Assembly: GCA_030158675.1 (NCBI GenBank) | Contig: JAOASL010000033.1 | Span: 17,160 to 81,159 of the forward strand | Length of the DNA stretch: 64,000 nucleotides | Direction of reading: 5' to 3' | From: Burkholderiaceae bacterium | GTDB taxonomy: Bacteria; Pseudomonadota; Gammaproteobacteria; Burkholderiales; Burkholderiaceae_D | Shown: positions 36,101 through 45,882 of the stretch, one piece after another | Layout: the number at the start of each line of letters is the position of its first letter | Position numbering within the stretch: the first letter of the stretch is position 1 | Notes under the pieces: generated by a model | Seen by the model: the letters and a program-made list of their open reading frames with translations, nothing else | Databases searched by the model: none | What the model was told of the DNA's origin: nothing | Made by a program: the position numbers and the translations under genes

Positions 36101-36607
36101 GCGACCGCCGCCGCCCCAGCTGGCCTTGAGCATCAGCGGATAGCCGACCTCGGCCGCCATCGCTTTCGCTTGCTCGATGTCATCCGGCAGCGCCTTCGTC
36201 GCCGGCACCACCGGCACGCCGGCGGCAATCGCCGCGTTGCGCGCGGCGACCTTGTTGCCCAGCGTGCGCATCACATCCGGCCTGGGGCCGATGAACAAGA
36301 TGCCATTGGCCGCGCAGGACTCGGCGAAATCAGGATTCTCGGACAGGAAACCATAGCCGGGATGAATCGCATCGACGCCGGCTTCCTTCGCGATGCGAAT
36401 GATGTCGTCGATGTCCAGATAAGCCGCAATCGGCTTTTTGCCCTCGCCGACGAGATAGCTCTCGTCCGCCTTGAACCGATGAAGCGCGAAACGGTCTTCG
36501 GCGGCGTAGATCGCGACGGTCCGAATGCCAAGTTCGGTCGCGGCACGCATTACGCGAATCGCAATCTCGGAACGGTTCGCAACAAGGATTTTCTGGATTT
36601 TTTTCAT
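33152..36607 (-). CDS. pyc: Pyruvate carboxylase (single-chain)
   Basis: ORF trimmed to the ATG at 36607 (MKKIQKILVANRSEIAIRVMRAATELGI). Biotin carboxylase ATP-grasp domain, carboxyltransferase block HFHTHDTSG and biotinyl site SIEAMKMETMV. Confidence 0.95.
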   Translation of the reverse strand: MKKIQKILVANRSEIAIRVMRAATELGIRTVAIYAAEDRFALHRFKADESYLVGEGKKPIAAYLDIDDIIRIAKEAGVDAIHPGYGFLSENPDFAESCAANGILFIGPRPDVMRTLGNKVAARNAAIAAGVPVVPATKALPDDIEQAKAMAAEVGYPLMLKASWGGGGRGMRMIESEAELPSQLEVARREAAAAFGNDEMYLEKLVRRARHVEVQILGDTHGHLIHLFERDCSVQRRNQKVVERAPAPYLDEATRSALCEAALKLGRAVNYTHAGTVEFLMDADTGKYYFIEVNPRIQVEHTVTEQVTGVDIVKSQIRVTEGLAIGQPDEHGTRIPLQDEVKLNGHALQCRVTTEDPENNFTPDYGRLTAYRSASGFGIRLDGGTAYTGAVITPYYDSLLVKVTAWAPTAAEATVRMDRALREFRIRGVSTNLPFLENVINHPLFKSGECTTRFIDTTPDLFKFAKRADRATRLLRFIGDVVVNGNPEMKGRKRSDIILPHAPMPKMGRNLPLQPGSRDTLKELGADKFSVWMREQKQVLITDTTMRDAHQSLFATRMRTADMIAIAPYYARLLPGLFSMECWGGATFDVAMRFLKEDPWDRLAQLREAVPNILFQMLLRASNAVGYTNYADNVVRHFVQQAAAGGIDLFRVFDSLNWVENMRVAIDAVRETGALCEGAICYTGDPFDPARSKYNLQYYVKMAKELEKAGVNILAIKDMAGVCRPNAARALVKALKEEVGLPIHFHTHDTSGIAAASVLAAIEAGCDAVDAAMDAMSGLTSQPNLGSIVAALEHTDKDPQLPRGTLFAVSQYWEGVRRTYAPFEADIRSGTSDVYRHEMPGGQYTNLREQARAMGIEHRWPEVSQAYADVNQLFGDIVKVTPTSKVVGDLALFMVANDLTPADVSDPDKEVAFPESVISLFKGELGFPPDGFPKALEQKVLKGGKPLEGRYGANVPPVDLLQARAAAEKAVDRKISEPELASYLMYPKVFTEYAQHRRSHGDVSVLPSQVFFEGLKDGQEVSVSIDQGKTLVIRLLGRTEIEEEGQSKLFFELNGQPRMVRIQHAGVVSTVSHPKAEEGNTHHVGAPMPGMVVTVAVKAGQKVAKGDPLVSIEAMKMETMVRAEFDCVVRHVHVKPGMVIAAKDLMVDLAA

Positions 36608-36844
36608 GGGAATTCCAAGCGGGGTCTGTGGCTGCAGCCAAGTCAAAACTGAAAAAAACAATGCCCTCGATTGTACGCAAGCTGCTGCGGCGCAACATTG
36701 CTTTTTTTAATACCCGCCCTTCGGTCGACCGCAGATCTCGGCCCGGGCACCGGCGCGCACCGATGGCCAGAGGTAAAATCCGGCGCACACGCAACACCCT
36801 GGCCGCAGCAGGCAGCCGCGCCACGTCACCGCACAAAGGAAAAA

Positions 36845-38206
36845 ATGGGAACCCATCCCTCGAACCCGGCCGAAGCTCCCTCCCGTACCGCCCCCGATCC
36901 CCGGAAACCGCGCCGCCGGCTGGCCTGGCTGCCGCTGCTGCTCGTGATTGCGCTGATCGCCGGACTGGCCTGGTACGTCAGCGCCCGCAAGAACAGCGGC
37001 GGCGAGCGTGCCGGCATGCCGCGCGGCCGGCCGCCGGCGACCGTGGGCGTGGCCGCCGTCGAGCAGCGCGATTTTCCGGTGGAATTCGATGCACTCGGCA
37101 CCATCACGCCGATTGCCACCGCCAGCGTGCGCGCGCAAGTCGCTGGCGTGCTGCAGCAGGTGCTGTACAGCGAAGGTCAGCTGGTCAAGCGCGGACAGCT
37201 CCTGGCCGTGCTCGACCCGCGGCCGTTCGAGAACGCATTGATGCAGGCCAGCGGACAACTGCAGCGCGACGAAGCCCAGCTCGACAATGCGCGCGTCACC
37301 GAGCGCCGCTATCGGCAGCTGATGGCGCAGGACTCGATCGCGCAGCAGGAAGTCGATGCGCAGGTCGCGCTGGTGCGGCAGCTCGAAGGCACGGCAAATG
37401 TCGACCGGGCAGCAGTCCGCAGCGCGAAACTGAACCTGGAATTCTCTCGCATCACCGCGCCGATCGCGGGCCGCATCGGCCTGCGCACTATCGACGTCGG
37501 CAATCTGGTCGGGCCGTCTGATGCGAACGGGCTGGTGACGATCACGCAGGTCGACCCGATCGACGTGGTATTCGCGGTACCGCAGGACACGGTGCCGGCG
37601 CTGCGCGAAGCGCTGTCCGGCGGCGCCCCGCTGGCCGTGACTGCATTTGACCGTGAACGCAGCGCGCAACTGGCAACCGGCCGTTTCCTTGCGCTCGACA
37701 ATCTGGTCGATACGCAAACCGGCACCGTGCGCGCCAAGGCACGTTTCGAGAACGGCCAGACCCGGCTGTTCCCGAACCAGTTCGTCAATGTGCGGCTGAA
37801 GCTGCGCACTATCGCCAACGCAAGCGCTGTGCCGGTGTCGGCGGTGCGTAACGGCGCCGACGGTCCATTCGTCTATGTGCTAAATGCGGAGAAGCGCACG
37901 GTGTCGCTGCGCAAGGTCGAGCGTGGACTGAGCAGCCAGGGCAGCACGCAGATCCTGTCCGGCGTAAAGGCCGGCGAGCAGGTCATTACTGAAGGCGCGG
38001 ATCGCCTGTCCGATGGCGCCAGCGTGCGTCTGCCCGGCGCACGCGCGGGTGGCAAAGGTAGCGGCAGTGGCGGCGGCAAGACGGGCAACCCGGGCAGTGC
38101 GCGCGAAGGCGGCGCAACTTCGGATGCTTTGGCCAAACCCGGCGCCGGCGGCAAAATCGAAGGCGAGCGGCGCGGCGGCGAACGCCGCCCGGCGAGCGGC
38201 GGATGA
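36845..38206 (+). CDS. mdtA: RND efflux periplasmic adaptor (MdtA-like) with a Gly/Arg-rich C-terminal tail
   Basis: ORF 36671..38206 trimmed to the ATG at 36845. TM anchor LAWLPLLLVIALIAGLAWYV followed by an HlyD/MFP fold. It is followed by two tandem RND pumps, and its stop overlaps the next start. Confidence 0.85.
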   Translation: MGTHPSNPAEAPSRTAPDPRKPRRRLAWLPLLLVIALIAGLAWYVSARKNSGGERAGMPRGRPPATVGVAAVEQRDFPVEFDALGTITPIATASVRAQVAGVLQQVLYSEGQLVKRGQLLAVLDPRPFENALMQASGQLQRDEAQLDNARVTERRYRQLMAQDSIAQQEVDAQVALVRQLEGTANVDRAAVRSAKLNLEFSRITAPIAGRIGLRTIDVGNLVGPSDANGLVTITQVDPIDVVFAVPQDTVPALREALSGGAPLAVTAFDRERSAQLATGRFLALDNLVDTQTGTVRAKARFENGQTRLFPNQFVNVRLKLRTIANASAVPVSAVRNGADGPFVYVLNAEKRTVSLRKVERGLSSQGSTQILSGVKAGEQVITEGADRLSDGASVRLPGARAGGKGSGSGGGKTGNPGSAREGGATSDALAKPGAGGKIEGERRGGERRPASGG

Positions 38207-41200
38207 ATCCGTCGCTGCCGTTCATCCGCCGGCCGGTTGCGACCTCGCTGCTGATGCTGGCGATCCTGCTGGCCGGCCTGGTGGCGCTGCGCTTTCTGCC
38301 GGTCTCGGCGCTGCCGCAGATCGATTTCCCCACCATCCAGGTGCAGACACTGTATCCCGGCGCCAGCCCGCAGGTGATCAGCCAGACCATCACCGCGCCG
38401 CTCGAGCGCCAGTTCGGCCAGATGTCCGGGCTGAAGCGGATGAGTTCAGCCAGTGCCGGCGGCCTCTCGACCATCACGCTGCAGTTCGGGCTGGGCGTGC
38501 GCCTCGATGTCGCCGAGCAGGAAGTGCAGGCAGCCATCAACGCCGCAGCCACGCTGCTGCCGGCCGACCTGCCGGCGCCGCCGACCTATGCCAAAGTCAA
38601 TCCGGCTGATGCGCCGGTGCTGAGCCTGGCGCTGACCTCCGACACCCTGCCTCTGACCGAGGTGCAGAACATCGCCAACACCCAGCTGGCGCTGAAGATC
38701 AGCCAGGTGGCCGGGGTTGGCCTGGTGTCGCTGTCCGGCGGCCAGAAACCGGCGATCCGCATCCAGGCCGACCTGCAGGCGCTGGCGGCGGCCGGTCTCG
38801 GGCTGGACACGCTGCGCAGCGCGATCACCCAGGCCAATGCCAACACCGCCAAGGGAAGTTTCGACGGCCAGACACGCTTCTACACCATCAATGCGAACGA
38901 CCAGCTGAAGTCGCCACAGGACTATGCCAACCTGATCGTCGCCTGGAAAAACGGCGCGCCGGTCCGGCTGGCCAATGTCGCCCATGTCGTGCAGGGCGCT
39001 GAGAACGTGCGGCTGGCCGCCTGGTCGGGCCTGAAGCCGGCGATCATCCTGAACGTGCAGCGCCAGCCGGGCGCGAACGTGATCGAGACTGTCGATGCAA
39101 TCCGGCAGCGGCTGCCTGAACTGACCGCCAGCCTGCCGGCCGACCTGCGCGTCGACGTGCTGACCGATCGCACCGGCGGCATACGGGCGTCGGTCCATCA
39201 TGTGACGATCGAATTGTTCATTGCCGTCGCGCTGGTGGTCCTGGTGATCCTCGCCTTTCTGCACAGTCTGCGCGCGACCCTGATCGCCAGCATCGCGGTG
39301 CCGATCTCGCTGATCGGCGCCTGCGGTGCGATGTACCTGCTCGGCTACAGCCTGAACAACCTGACGCTGATGGCACTGACGATTGCGACCGGCTTTGTGG
39401 TCGATGACGCGATCGTCATGAGCGAGAACATTGCGCGCCATATCGAGAACGGCGCCTCGCCGATGCAGGCGTCAAAACAGGGTTCGGCCGAAATCGGTTT
39501 CACGATCATTTCGCTGACCCTGTCGCTGATTGCGGTGCTGATACCGCTGCTGTTCATGTCCGACGTGGTCGGCCGCCTGTTCCGCGAATTCGCGGTCACG
39601 CTGGCGGTGACGATACTGATCTCGGCAGTGGTGTCACTGACGCTGGTGCCAATGATGGCCGCGCGACTATTGCGCGCCGGAGGCGAAGGTCTGCAGACGG
39701 CCTTCGGGCGCCGGCTGCAGGCGCAGTTCGAGCGCGTTGTACGTGCCTATGACCGCGGATTGTGCCGGGTGCTGGAACACCAGCCACTGACGCTCGCCGT
39801 CGCGCTGCTGACGCTGGCGCTGACGGTCGCGCTGTACGTCCTGATACCGAAAGGCCTGTTTCCGCAGCAGGACACCGGACAGTTGCAGGCGCGCGTCGAG
39901 GCCAGCCCGTCAGTGTCGTTCGCACGCATGGCCGAGCTGCAGCAGTCGGTGGTGCGCGAGATCGTACAGGACCCAGATGTGGCCAGCGTCAGTTCGCAGG
40001 TCGGCGTTGGCGGTGCCAATGCGATGCCGCATACCGGCAGCCTGCTGATCAACCTGAAAGCACGGCGCAGCGGCAGCCAGCGGCAGACGATGGACCGTCT
40101 GCGCGACAGCGCCGCGCGGGTTGCCGGCGTCATGCTGTATGTGCAGCCGGTGCAGGACCTGACGATCGATGCCGAAAGCGGTCCGACCCAGTACCGGCTG
40201 TCGATCGAAGGCGCCGACCCGGCCACCGTGCGCCGTTGGGCCGGCCTGCTGATGCAGCAACTGTCCGGCGATCCGGCGGTAAGCAATGTCAGCTCTGACA
40301 TCGAGGCGACCGGGCCGTCGGTGATGGTCAGCGTCGACCGCGACAGCGCCGCCCGGGTCGCCGTCACCGCCGCTGCCATCGATGATGCGCTGTACAGCGC
40401 TTTCGGGCAGCGCATTGTATCGACCATCTTCACCGAGACCAATCAGTACCGCGTGGTGCTCGAAGCCCTGCCCGGCAGCACCGACAGCCCGCAGGCCCTC
40501 GGCCGCATTCCGCTGAAGACCGGTTCCGGCAAGCCGACCACGCTGGACGCAATCGCGCGCGTCGAGGAACAACCGGCGCCATTGCAGGTCACGCGCGTCG
40601 GGCAATTCCCGGCGACCACCATCGGCTTCGACACCCCGCCCGGCGGTGCGCTGGAGCAGTCGGTCACGGCAATTCGCTCGGCTGCGCAAGCGATCGGCGT
40701 ACCGGATTCGGTCGCGCTGAACTTCCTCGGCGCAGCCGGCGCATTCGAAGCCGCGCTCGACAACCAGCTGTGGCTGATCCTCGCCGCAGTGATCTGCGTG
40801 TACATCGTGCTGGGCGTGCTGTACGAGAGCTACATCCATCCGCTGACCATACTGTCGACGCTGCCGTCGGCCGGTGTCGGCGCACTGCTGGCGCTGATGC
40901 TGGCCGGCGAGGATCTCGGCGTGATCGGCGTGATCGGCATCATCCTGCTGATCGGCATCGTGAAAAAGAACGCGATCATGATGATCGACTTCGCCATCGC
41001 CGCCGAACGCGATGAGAACAAGAGCGCGCGCGAGGCGATCCATCAGGCGGCCCTGCTGCGTTTCCGCCCGATTCTGATGACGACACTGGCCGCGCTGTTC
41101 GCCGCACTGCCGCTGATGCTCGGCTGGGGCCAGGGTGCGGAACTGCGCCATCCGCTCGGGTTCGCAATCTTCGGCGGTCTGGTGCTGAGCCAGTTGCTGA

Positions 41201-41292
41201 CGCTGTTCACCACACCGGTGATCTACCTCGGATTCGACCAGCTCGGCCGGCGCTGGCTGGGCGCGCGTACGCAACACGGAGCCCCCTCTTGA
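38203..41292 (+). CDS. mdtB: RND multidrug efflux permease (MdtB-like)
   Basis: 1029 aa with AcrB/ACR_tran architecture (MNPSLPFIRRPVATSLLMLAILLAG). First of two tandem RND permeases. Confidence 0.9.
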   Translation: MNPSLPFIRRPVATSLLMLAILLAGLVALRFLPVSALPQIDFPTIQVQTLYPGASPQVISQTITAPLERQFGQMSGLKRMSSASAGGLSTITLQFGLGVRLDVAEQEVQAAINAAATLLPADLPAPPTYAKVNPADAPVLSLALTSDTLPLTEVQNIANTQLALKISQVAGVGLVSLSGGQKPAIRIQADLQALAAAGLGLDTLRSAITQANANTAKGSFDGQTRFYTINANDQLKSPQDYANLIVAWKNGAPVRLANVAHVVQGAENVRLAAWSGLKPAIILNVQRQPGANVIETVDAIRQRLPELTASLPADLRVDVLTDRTGGIRASVHHVTIELFIAVALVVLVILAFLHSLRATLIASIAVPISLIGACGAMYLLGYSLNNLTLMALTIATGFVVDDAIVMSENIARHIENGASPMQASKQGSAEIGFTIISLTLSLIAVLIPLLFMSDVVGRLFREFAVTLAVTILISAVVSLTLVPMMAARLLRAGGEGLQTAFGRRLQAQFERVVRAYDRGLCRVLEHQPLTLAVALLTLALTVALYVLIPKGLFPQQDTGQLQARVEASPSVSFARMAELQQSVVREIVQDPDVASVSSQVGVGGANAMPHTGSLLINLKARRSGSQRQTMDRLRDSAARVAGVMLYVQPVQDLTIDAESGPTQYRLSIEGADPATVRRWAGLLMQQLSGDPAVSNVSSDIEATGPSVMVSVDRDSAARVAVTAAAIDDALYSAFGQRIVSTIFTETNQYRVVLEALPGSTDSPQALGRIPLKTGSGKPTTLDAIARVEEQPAPLQVTRVGQFPATTIGFDTPPGGALEQSVTAIRSAAQAIGVPDSVALNFLGAAGAFEAALDNQLWLILAAVICVYIVLGVLYESYIHPLTILSTLPSAGVGALLALMLAGEDLGVIGVIGIILLIGIVKKNAIMMIDFAIAAERDENKSAREAIHQAALLRFRPILMTTLAALFAALPLMLGWGQGAELRHPLGFAIFGGLVLSQLLTLFTTPVIYLGFDQLGRRWLGARTQHGAPS

Positions 41293-44200
41293 ATCTGTCG
41301 CGGTCCTTCATCGAGCGCCCGGTCGCCACCTGGCTGCTGACCATCGCAATCGCGCTGGCCGGCGTTGCCGCATTCTTTGCGCTGCCGGTCGCGCCGCTGC
41401 CGCAGGTCGAATCACCGGCCATTTCGGTGCGCGCGCAGCTGCCGGGTGCCAGTCCGGCGACGCTGGCCGCCAGCGTCGCCGCGCCACTCGAGCGCCGGCT
41501 CGGCGCCTTGCCTGGGCTGACCGAAATGACCTCGACCAGCGGCAATGGTTCGACGCGCATTTCGCTGCAATTCGACCTGTCGCGCAAGATCGATTCGGCC
41601 GCACGCGAAGTGCAGGCCGCCATCAATGCGGCGCGCGCCGACCTGCCGCTGGCACTGCGTTCGAATCCGACCTATACGAAATCGAATCCGGGCGACACCC
41701 CGGTGATCGTGCTGACGCTCACCTCGAAAACGAAGTCCACCGGACAGATCTACGAAGCTGCATCGAACCTGATCCAGCAGCGGCTGTCACAGGTGAGCGG
41801 CGTCGGTGAGGTCGACATCGGCGGCGGTTCGCTGCCGGCGGTGCGCATTGAGCTGCTGCCCTTCGCGCTGAACCGGCACGGCATCAGCATGGAGGACGTG
41901 CGCGCGGCGATCCAGTCCAGCACGGCAAACCGGCCGAAAGGCGTGATCGAAGGTCGCGGCCTGGCGTTCCAGGTGCTGACCAACACCGGCGCGACCGCGT
42001 CGCGGCTGGACGCCAACGAATACAAAGACCTGATCGTCGCCTGGCGCAACAGCGCGCCGGTACGGCTGAAGGATGTGGCGAACGTCGACACCGGCCCCGA
42101 GGACAGAAACAATCTCGGCCTGTTCAATGGCATGCCCGCTGTCGTCGCCATGGTCTATCGGCAGCCAGACGCGAACGTGATCGAAACGGTCGATGCGGTG
42201 CGTGCGTTGCTGCCTTCACTGGGTGCGGACCTGCCGCCGGATGTCGAGCTGCATGTGTCGTCCGACAGCACGCATTCGATCCGCGCGTCGCTGTTCGAGA
42301 TCGAGGTGACGCTGCTGATTTCGGTCGTGCTGGTGGTGCTGGTGGTCAGCGCCTTCCTGCGCAGCGCGCGCGCCACCGTGATTCCGGCAGTGGCGACCGT
42401 GGTGTCGCTGCTCGGCACCTTCGGCGTGATGTATTTGCTCGGCTTCTCGCTGAACAACCTGTCGCTGATGGCACTGACAGTCGCCACCGGCTTCGTGGTC
42501 GACGACGCCATCGTCGTGCTGGAAAACATTTCCCGCCATCTCGACGCCGGCATGAATCGTTTCGAGGCCGCCATGCGCGGCGCGCGCGAAGTCGGCTTCA
42601 CGGTGCTGTCGATCTCGCTGTCGCTGGTGGCGGTGTTCATTCCGCTGCTGTTCATGGGCGGCCAGGTCGGCCGACTATTCCGCGAGTTCGCGCTGACCTT
42701 GTCGGCGGCGGTGATGATCTCGCTGCTGATCTCGCTGACCACCACGCCGATGATGTGCGCCTGGATGCTGCGGCCCGACCATGATCGCCGGCGGCAGGGC
42801 CGCGTGGCGCGCCTGTTCGAGCGCGCCTATGTGTGGGTGCAGCAGGTTTATGCGCACACGCTCGACATTGCGCTCGACCATCGCTGGCTGGTGCTGCTGA
42901 TGCTGGGCGGCGTGGTCGCCCTGAACTTCTGGCTCTTCAGCATCGTGCCGAAAGGTTTTTTCCCGACGCAGGATTCCGGCCAGATCAGCGCCAGCCTGCG
43001 CGCAGACCAGAGCATTTCGTTCGACGCGATGAAGGGCAAGGTGCAGCGGCTGACCGACATCGTCCGGCACGATCCGGCGGTCGCCACCGTGACCGCCTAT
43101 GCCGGTGGCATGCGCACCGGCGGAGGCTTCATGTTCATCACCTTGAAGCCGCTGGCGCAGCGCGGCGAACCCGGGCAGCAGGTGATTGCGCGACTGCGCC
43201 CGCAACTGGCGCGCGTGACCGGCGTGACTGCCGTGCTGATCCCGGTGCAGGATCTGCGCGTGGGCGGACGGCGCGATATGAGCGTGGTTCAGTACACGCT
43301 GAAAAGCGACAATCAGCGCGACCTGAAATTGTGGACCGGCAAGCTGGTTGCGGCGCTGAAGCAGCAGCCCGGGCTGGTCGATGTCGATTCCGATCTGCAG
43401 GAAAACGGCGTCGAGAGTTTCGTCAGGGTCGACAAGGACGCTGCCGCACGGCTGGGCGTGAGCGCGCGCGACATCAACAATGCGCTGTACAACGCCTTTG
43501 GCCAGCGCCAGGTCGCCACGCTGTACGGCGAGCTGAACCAGTACCGCGTGATCATGGAGGCCAACCCCCGCTATGCACGTAGCCCGCAGGCGCTGAATGA
43601 CATTTATGTACCGGTGCGCGCGGTCGCGGGCTCGCTGCCGGCCAATCCGGCGCTGCGCGATGTCGCCAGCGGGCAGCCGCTGTCGACGCAAAGCTCGACG
43701 ATGGTGCCGCTGTCAGCGATCGCCAGCTTCATCGAGCGGCCGACTGCCGCATCGGTCAGCCATCAGGACGCCGAGCTGGCCAGCACGATCTCGTTCAACG
43801 TCAATACGGGCATATCGCTGGCCGATGGCCAGGAAGCACTGCGGCGCGCCGAAGCATCGATCGCGATGCCGTCGAATGTGCGCGGCAGTTTCCAGGGCAA
43901 TGCCAAGGTGTTCCAGGAAAGCCAGGGCCGGCAGCCGCTGCTGATCGTCGCCGCGCTGGTGGTGATCTACATCGTGCTGGGCATCCTGTACGAAAGCCTG
44001 GTGCATCCGCTGACCGTGTTGTCGACGATACCGTCGGCCGGCATCGGTGCCGTGATTGCGCTGATGTTGTTCGACATGGAGTTCTCGCTGATCGCATTGA
44101 TCGGTTTGTTCCTGCTGATCGGCATCGTAAAAAAGAATGCGATCCTGATCATCGACTTCGCGCTCGAAGCCGAACGTACGCTGGGCCTGACGCCCCGTGC

Positions 44201-44495
44201 GGCCGTGCGCGAGGCCTGCCTGAAGCGGCTGCGCCCGATCCTGATGACCACCGCCGCCGCCGCGCTCGGCGCGCTGCCGCTGGCGGTCGGATTCGGCGAA
44301 GGATCCGAGCTCCGCCAGCCACTCGGCGTGGCCATCATCGGCGGGCTGATTGCCAGCCAGCTGCTGACCCTGCTGACCACGCCCGTCGTCTATTTGTCGC
44401 TGGACCGCTGGCGTCGCCGCAGCCCGCATGAGCGCGAGCTCGGGCGAGCGTCGTCAGACGAACGCGCGCCTGCCGACCGCCCGGCCGCCACCTGA
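41289..44495 (+). CDS. mdtC: RND multidrug efflux permease (MdtC-like)
   Basis: 1068 aa (MNLSRSFIERPVATWLLTIAIALAG). Second tandem RND permease, with a 4-nt overlap with mdtB. Confidence 0.9.
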   Translation: MNLSRSFIERPVATWLLTIAIALAGVAAFFALPVAPLPQVESPAISVRAQLPGASPATLAASVAAPLERRLGALPGLTEMTSTSGNGSTRISLQFDLSRKIDSAAREVQAAINAARADLPLALRSNPTYTKSNPGDTPVIVLTLTSKTKSTGQIYEAASNLIQQRLSQVSGVGEVDIGGGSLPAVRIELLPFALNRHGISMEDVRAAIQSSTANRPKGVIEGRGLAFQVLTNTGATASRLDANEYKDLIVAWRNSAPVRLKDVANVDTGPEDRNNLGLFNGMPAVVAMVYRQPDANVIETVDAVRALLPSLGADLPPDVELHVSSDSTHSIRASLFEIEVTLLISVVLVVLVVSAFLRSARATVIPAVATVVSLLGTFGVMYLLGFSLNNLSLMALTVATGFVVDDAIVVLENISRHLDAGMNRFEAAMRGAREVGFTVLSISLSLVAVFIPLLFMGGQVGRLFREFALTLSAAVMISLLISLTTTPMMCAWMLRPDHDRRRQGRVARLFERAYVWVQQVYAHTLDIALDHRWLVLLMLGGVVALNFWLFSIVPKGFFPTQDSGQISASLRADQSISFDAMKGKVQRLTDIVRHDPAVATVTAYAGGMRTGGGFMFITLKPLAQRGEPGQQVIARLRPQLARVTGVTAVLIPVQDLRVGGRRDMSVVQYTLKSDNQRDLKLWTGKLVAALKQQPGLVDVDSDLQENGVESFVRVDKDAAARLGVSARDINNALYNAFGQRQVATLYGELNQYRVIMEANPRYARSPQALNDIYVPVRAVAGSLPANPALRDVASGQPLSTQSSTMVPLSAIASFIERPTAASVSHQDAELASTISFNVNTGISLADGQEALRRAEASIAMPSNVRGSFQGNAKVFQESQGRQPLLIVAALVVIYIVLGILYESLVHPLTVLSTIPSAGIGAVIALMLFDMEFSLIALIGLFLLIGIVKKNAILIIDFALEAERTLGLTPRAAVREACLKRLRPILMTTAAAALGALPLAVGFGEGSELRQPLGVAIIGGLIASQLLTLLTTPVVYLSLDRWRRRSPHERELGRASSDERAPADRPAAT

Positions 44496-45874
44496 TGAAA
44501 CGAATGAAAACACTGACCTCTGCCGCCCTCGCCCTGCTGCTCGCCGGTTGCGCCGTCGGCCCGACCTATCGGCAGCCCGCAGTGGCGACACCACCTGCCT
44601 TCAAGGAAGCCGATGGCTGGGTCGCGGCCCGGCCCGCGGACGCGATCGAGCGCGACCGCTGGTGGGCGCTGTTCCGGGATCCGCTGCTCGATGAGCTGGC
44701 ACCACGGGTCGCGCTGTCGAACCAGAACGTGGCCGTGGCCGTGGCCGCCTACGCGCAGGCGCGCGCACTGGTGGGCCAGCAGCGTGCGCTGCTGCTGCCG
44801 GCATTGAACCTGACCAGCAGCGGCAACCGCAGCAACATCGCAACGGCGGTCACGCCGACACAGCGCGTGCGCGTCGATCTCGGCGCCAGCTGGGAGCCGG
44901 ATGTCTGGGGACGGCTGCAACGCACGGTCGAGGCCGCCAGTGCGAACGTGCAGGCCAGCGCCGGCGATCTCGCCACCGCGACGCTGTCGGCGCAGGGCGA
45001 GTTGGTGACCAACTATTTGCTGCTGCGGCAAGCGGATGCGCAGCGCCAGCTGCTGGAAACCGCGATCGCCGATTACGAGCGCGTGGTGACCATCACGGAG
45101 AATCGCTATCGCGCCGGTGTCGCCGCGAAGACGGACCTGCTGCAGGCACAGACGCAGCTGGCCACTGCACGTGCCGACCATGCGGGACTGGCCAGCCAGC
45201 GCGCGCAGCTCGAGCATGCGATTGCGGTGCTGGTCGGCGAAGCGCCGGCCGCTTTTTCTATCGCGCGGCGCAACGACTGGCAGCCGACCGTGCCGGAAGT
45301 ACCGTTGCTATTACCGTCCGAGCTGCTGCAGCGCCGCCCGGATATCGCCGCCGCCGAGCGCCGTGTCGCGGCCACCAACGCGCAGATCGGCATCGCGCGC
45401 TCGGCCTATTTCCCCAGCTTCACGCTGAATGCCAGTAGCGGCGGCTTCGGCGGCTCAGTCGCCGGCCTGCTGGCCAGCCCGACCAGTGTCTGGTCGGTCG
45501 GCTTCGCGCTGACACAGACGGTGTTCAATGCCGGGCTGGTGAAATCACGCGTGCAAGGCGCCGAGGCCGCCTATGAAGGCGAAGTCGCGCGCTACCGGCA
45601 GACGGTGCTGTCGGCGCTGCAGGGCGTCGAGGACCAATTGGTCGCCGCACGCGTACTGGCCGAACAAGAACAGCTGTTGACGGCCGCAACCGATGCATCG
45701 CGGCAGGCGCAGCAGCAGGTGCTGAATCGCTACCGCGCCGGTCAGGTCAGCTTCCTCGAAGTCGTGGTCGCGCAAACCACCGCGCTGAATGCGCGGCGCG
45801 CGCTGCTGCAGGCGCAGGCAAACCGGCAAGTGGCCGGTGTGGCGTTGATACAGGGGTTGGGCGGCGGGTGGTGA
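44495..45874 (+). CDS. Efflux outer membrane factor lipoprotein (NodT family)
   Basis: The ATG overlaps the mdtC TGA. Lipobox LLLAGCAVGPTY and OEP repeats. Ends QGLGGGW. Confidence 0.9.
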   Translation: MKRMKTLTSAALALLLAGCAVGPTYRQPAVATPPAFKEADGWVAARPADAIERDRWWALFRDPLLDELAPRVALSNQNVAVAVAAYAQARALVGQQRALLLPALNLTSSGNRSNIATAVTPTQRVRVDLGASWEPDVWGRLQRTVEAASANVQASAGDLATATLSAQGELVTNYLLLRQADAQRQLLETAIADYERVVTITENRYRAGVAAKTDLLQAQTQLATARADHAGLASQRAQLEHAIAVLVGEAPAAFSIARRNDWQPTVPEVPLLLPSELLQRRPDIAAAERRVAATNAQIGIARSAYFPSFTLNASSGGFGGSVAGLLASPTSVWSVGFALTQTVFNAGLVKSRVQGAEAAYEGEVARYRQTVLSALQGVEDQLVAARVLAEQEQLLTAATDASRQAQQQVLNRYRAGQVSFLEVVVAQTTALNARRALLQAQANRQVAGVALIQGLGGGW

Positions 45875-45882
45875 TCGTGACT

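Noticed and set aside
36707-44429. Series of long minus-strand ORFs (36707..37717, 38446..39441, 39910..41277, 42675..43691, 43713..44429)
   Set aside because: All lie antisense to the mdtA/B/C genes, whose products show unmistakable RND and MFP architecture. Their composition (Arg/Gly/His/Gln-rich) is typical of shadow frames.
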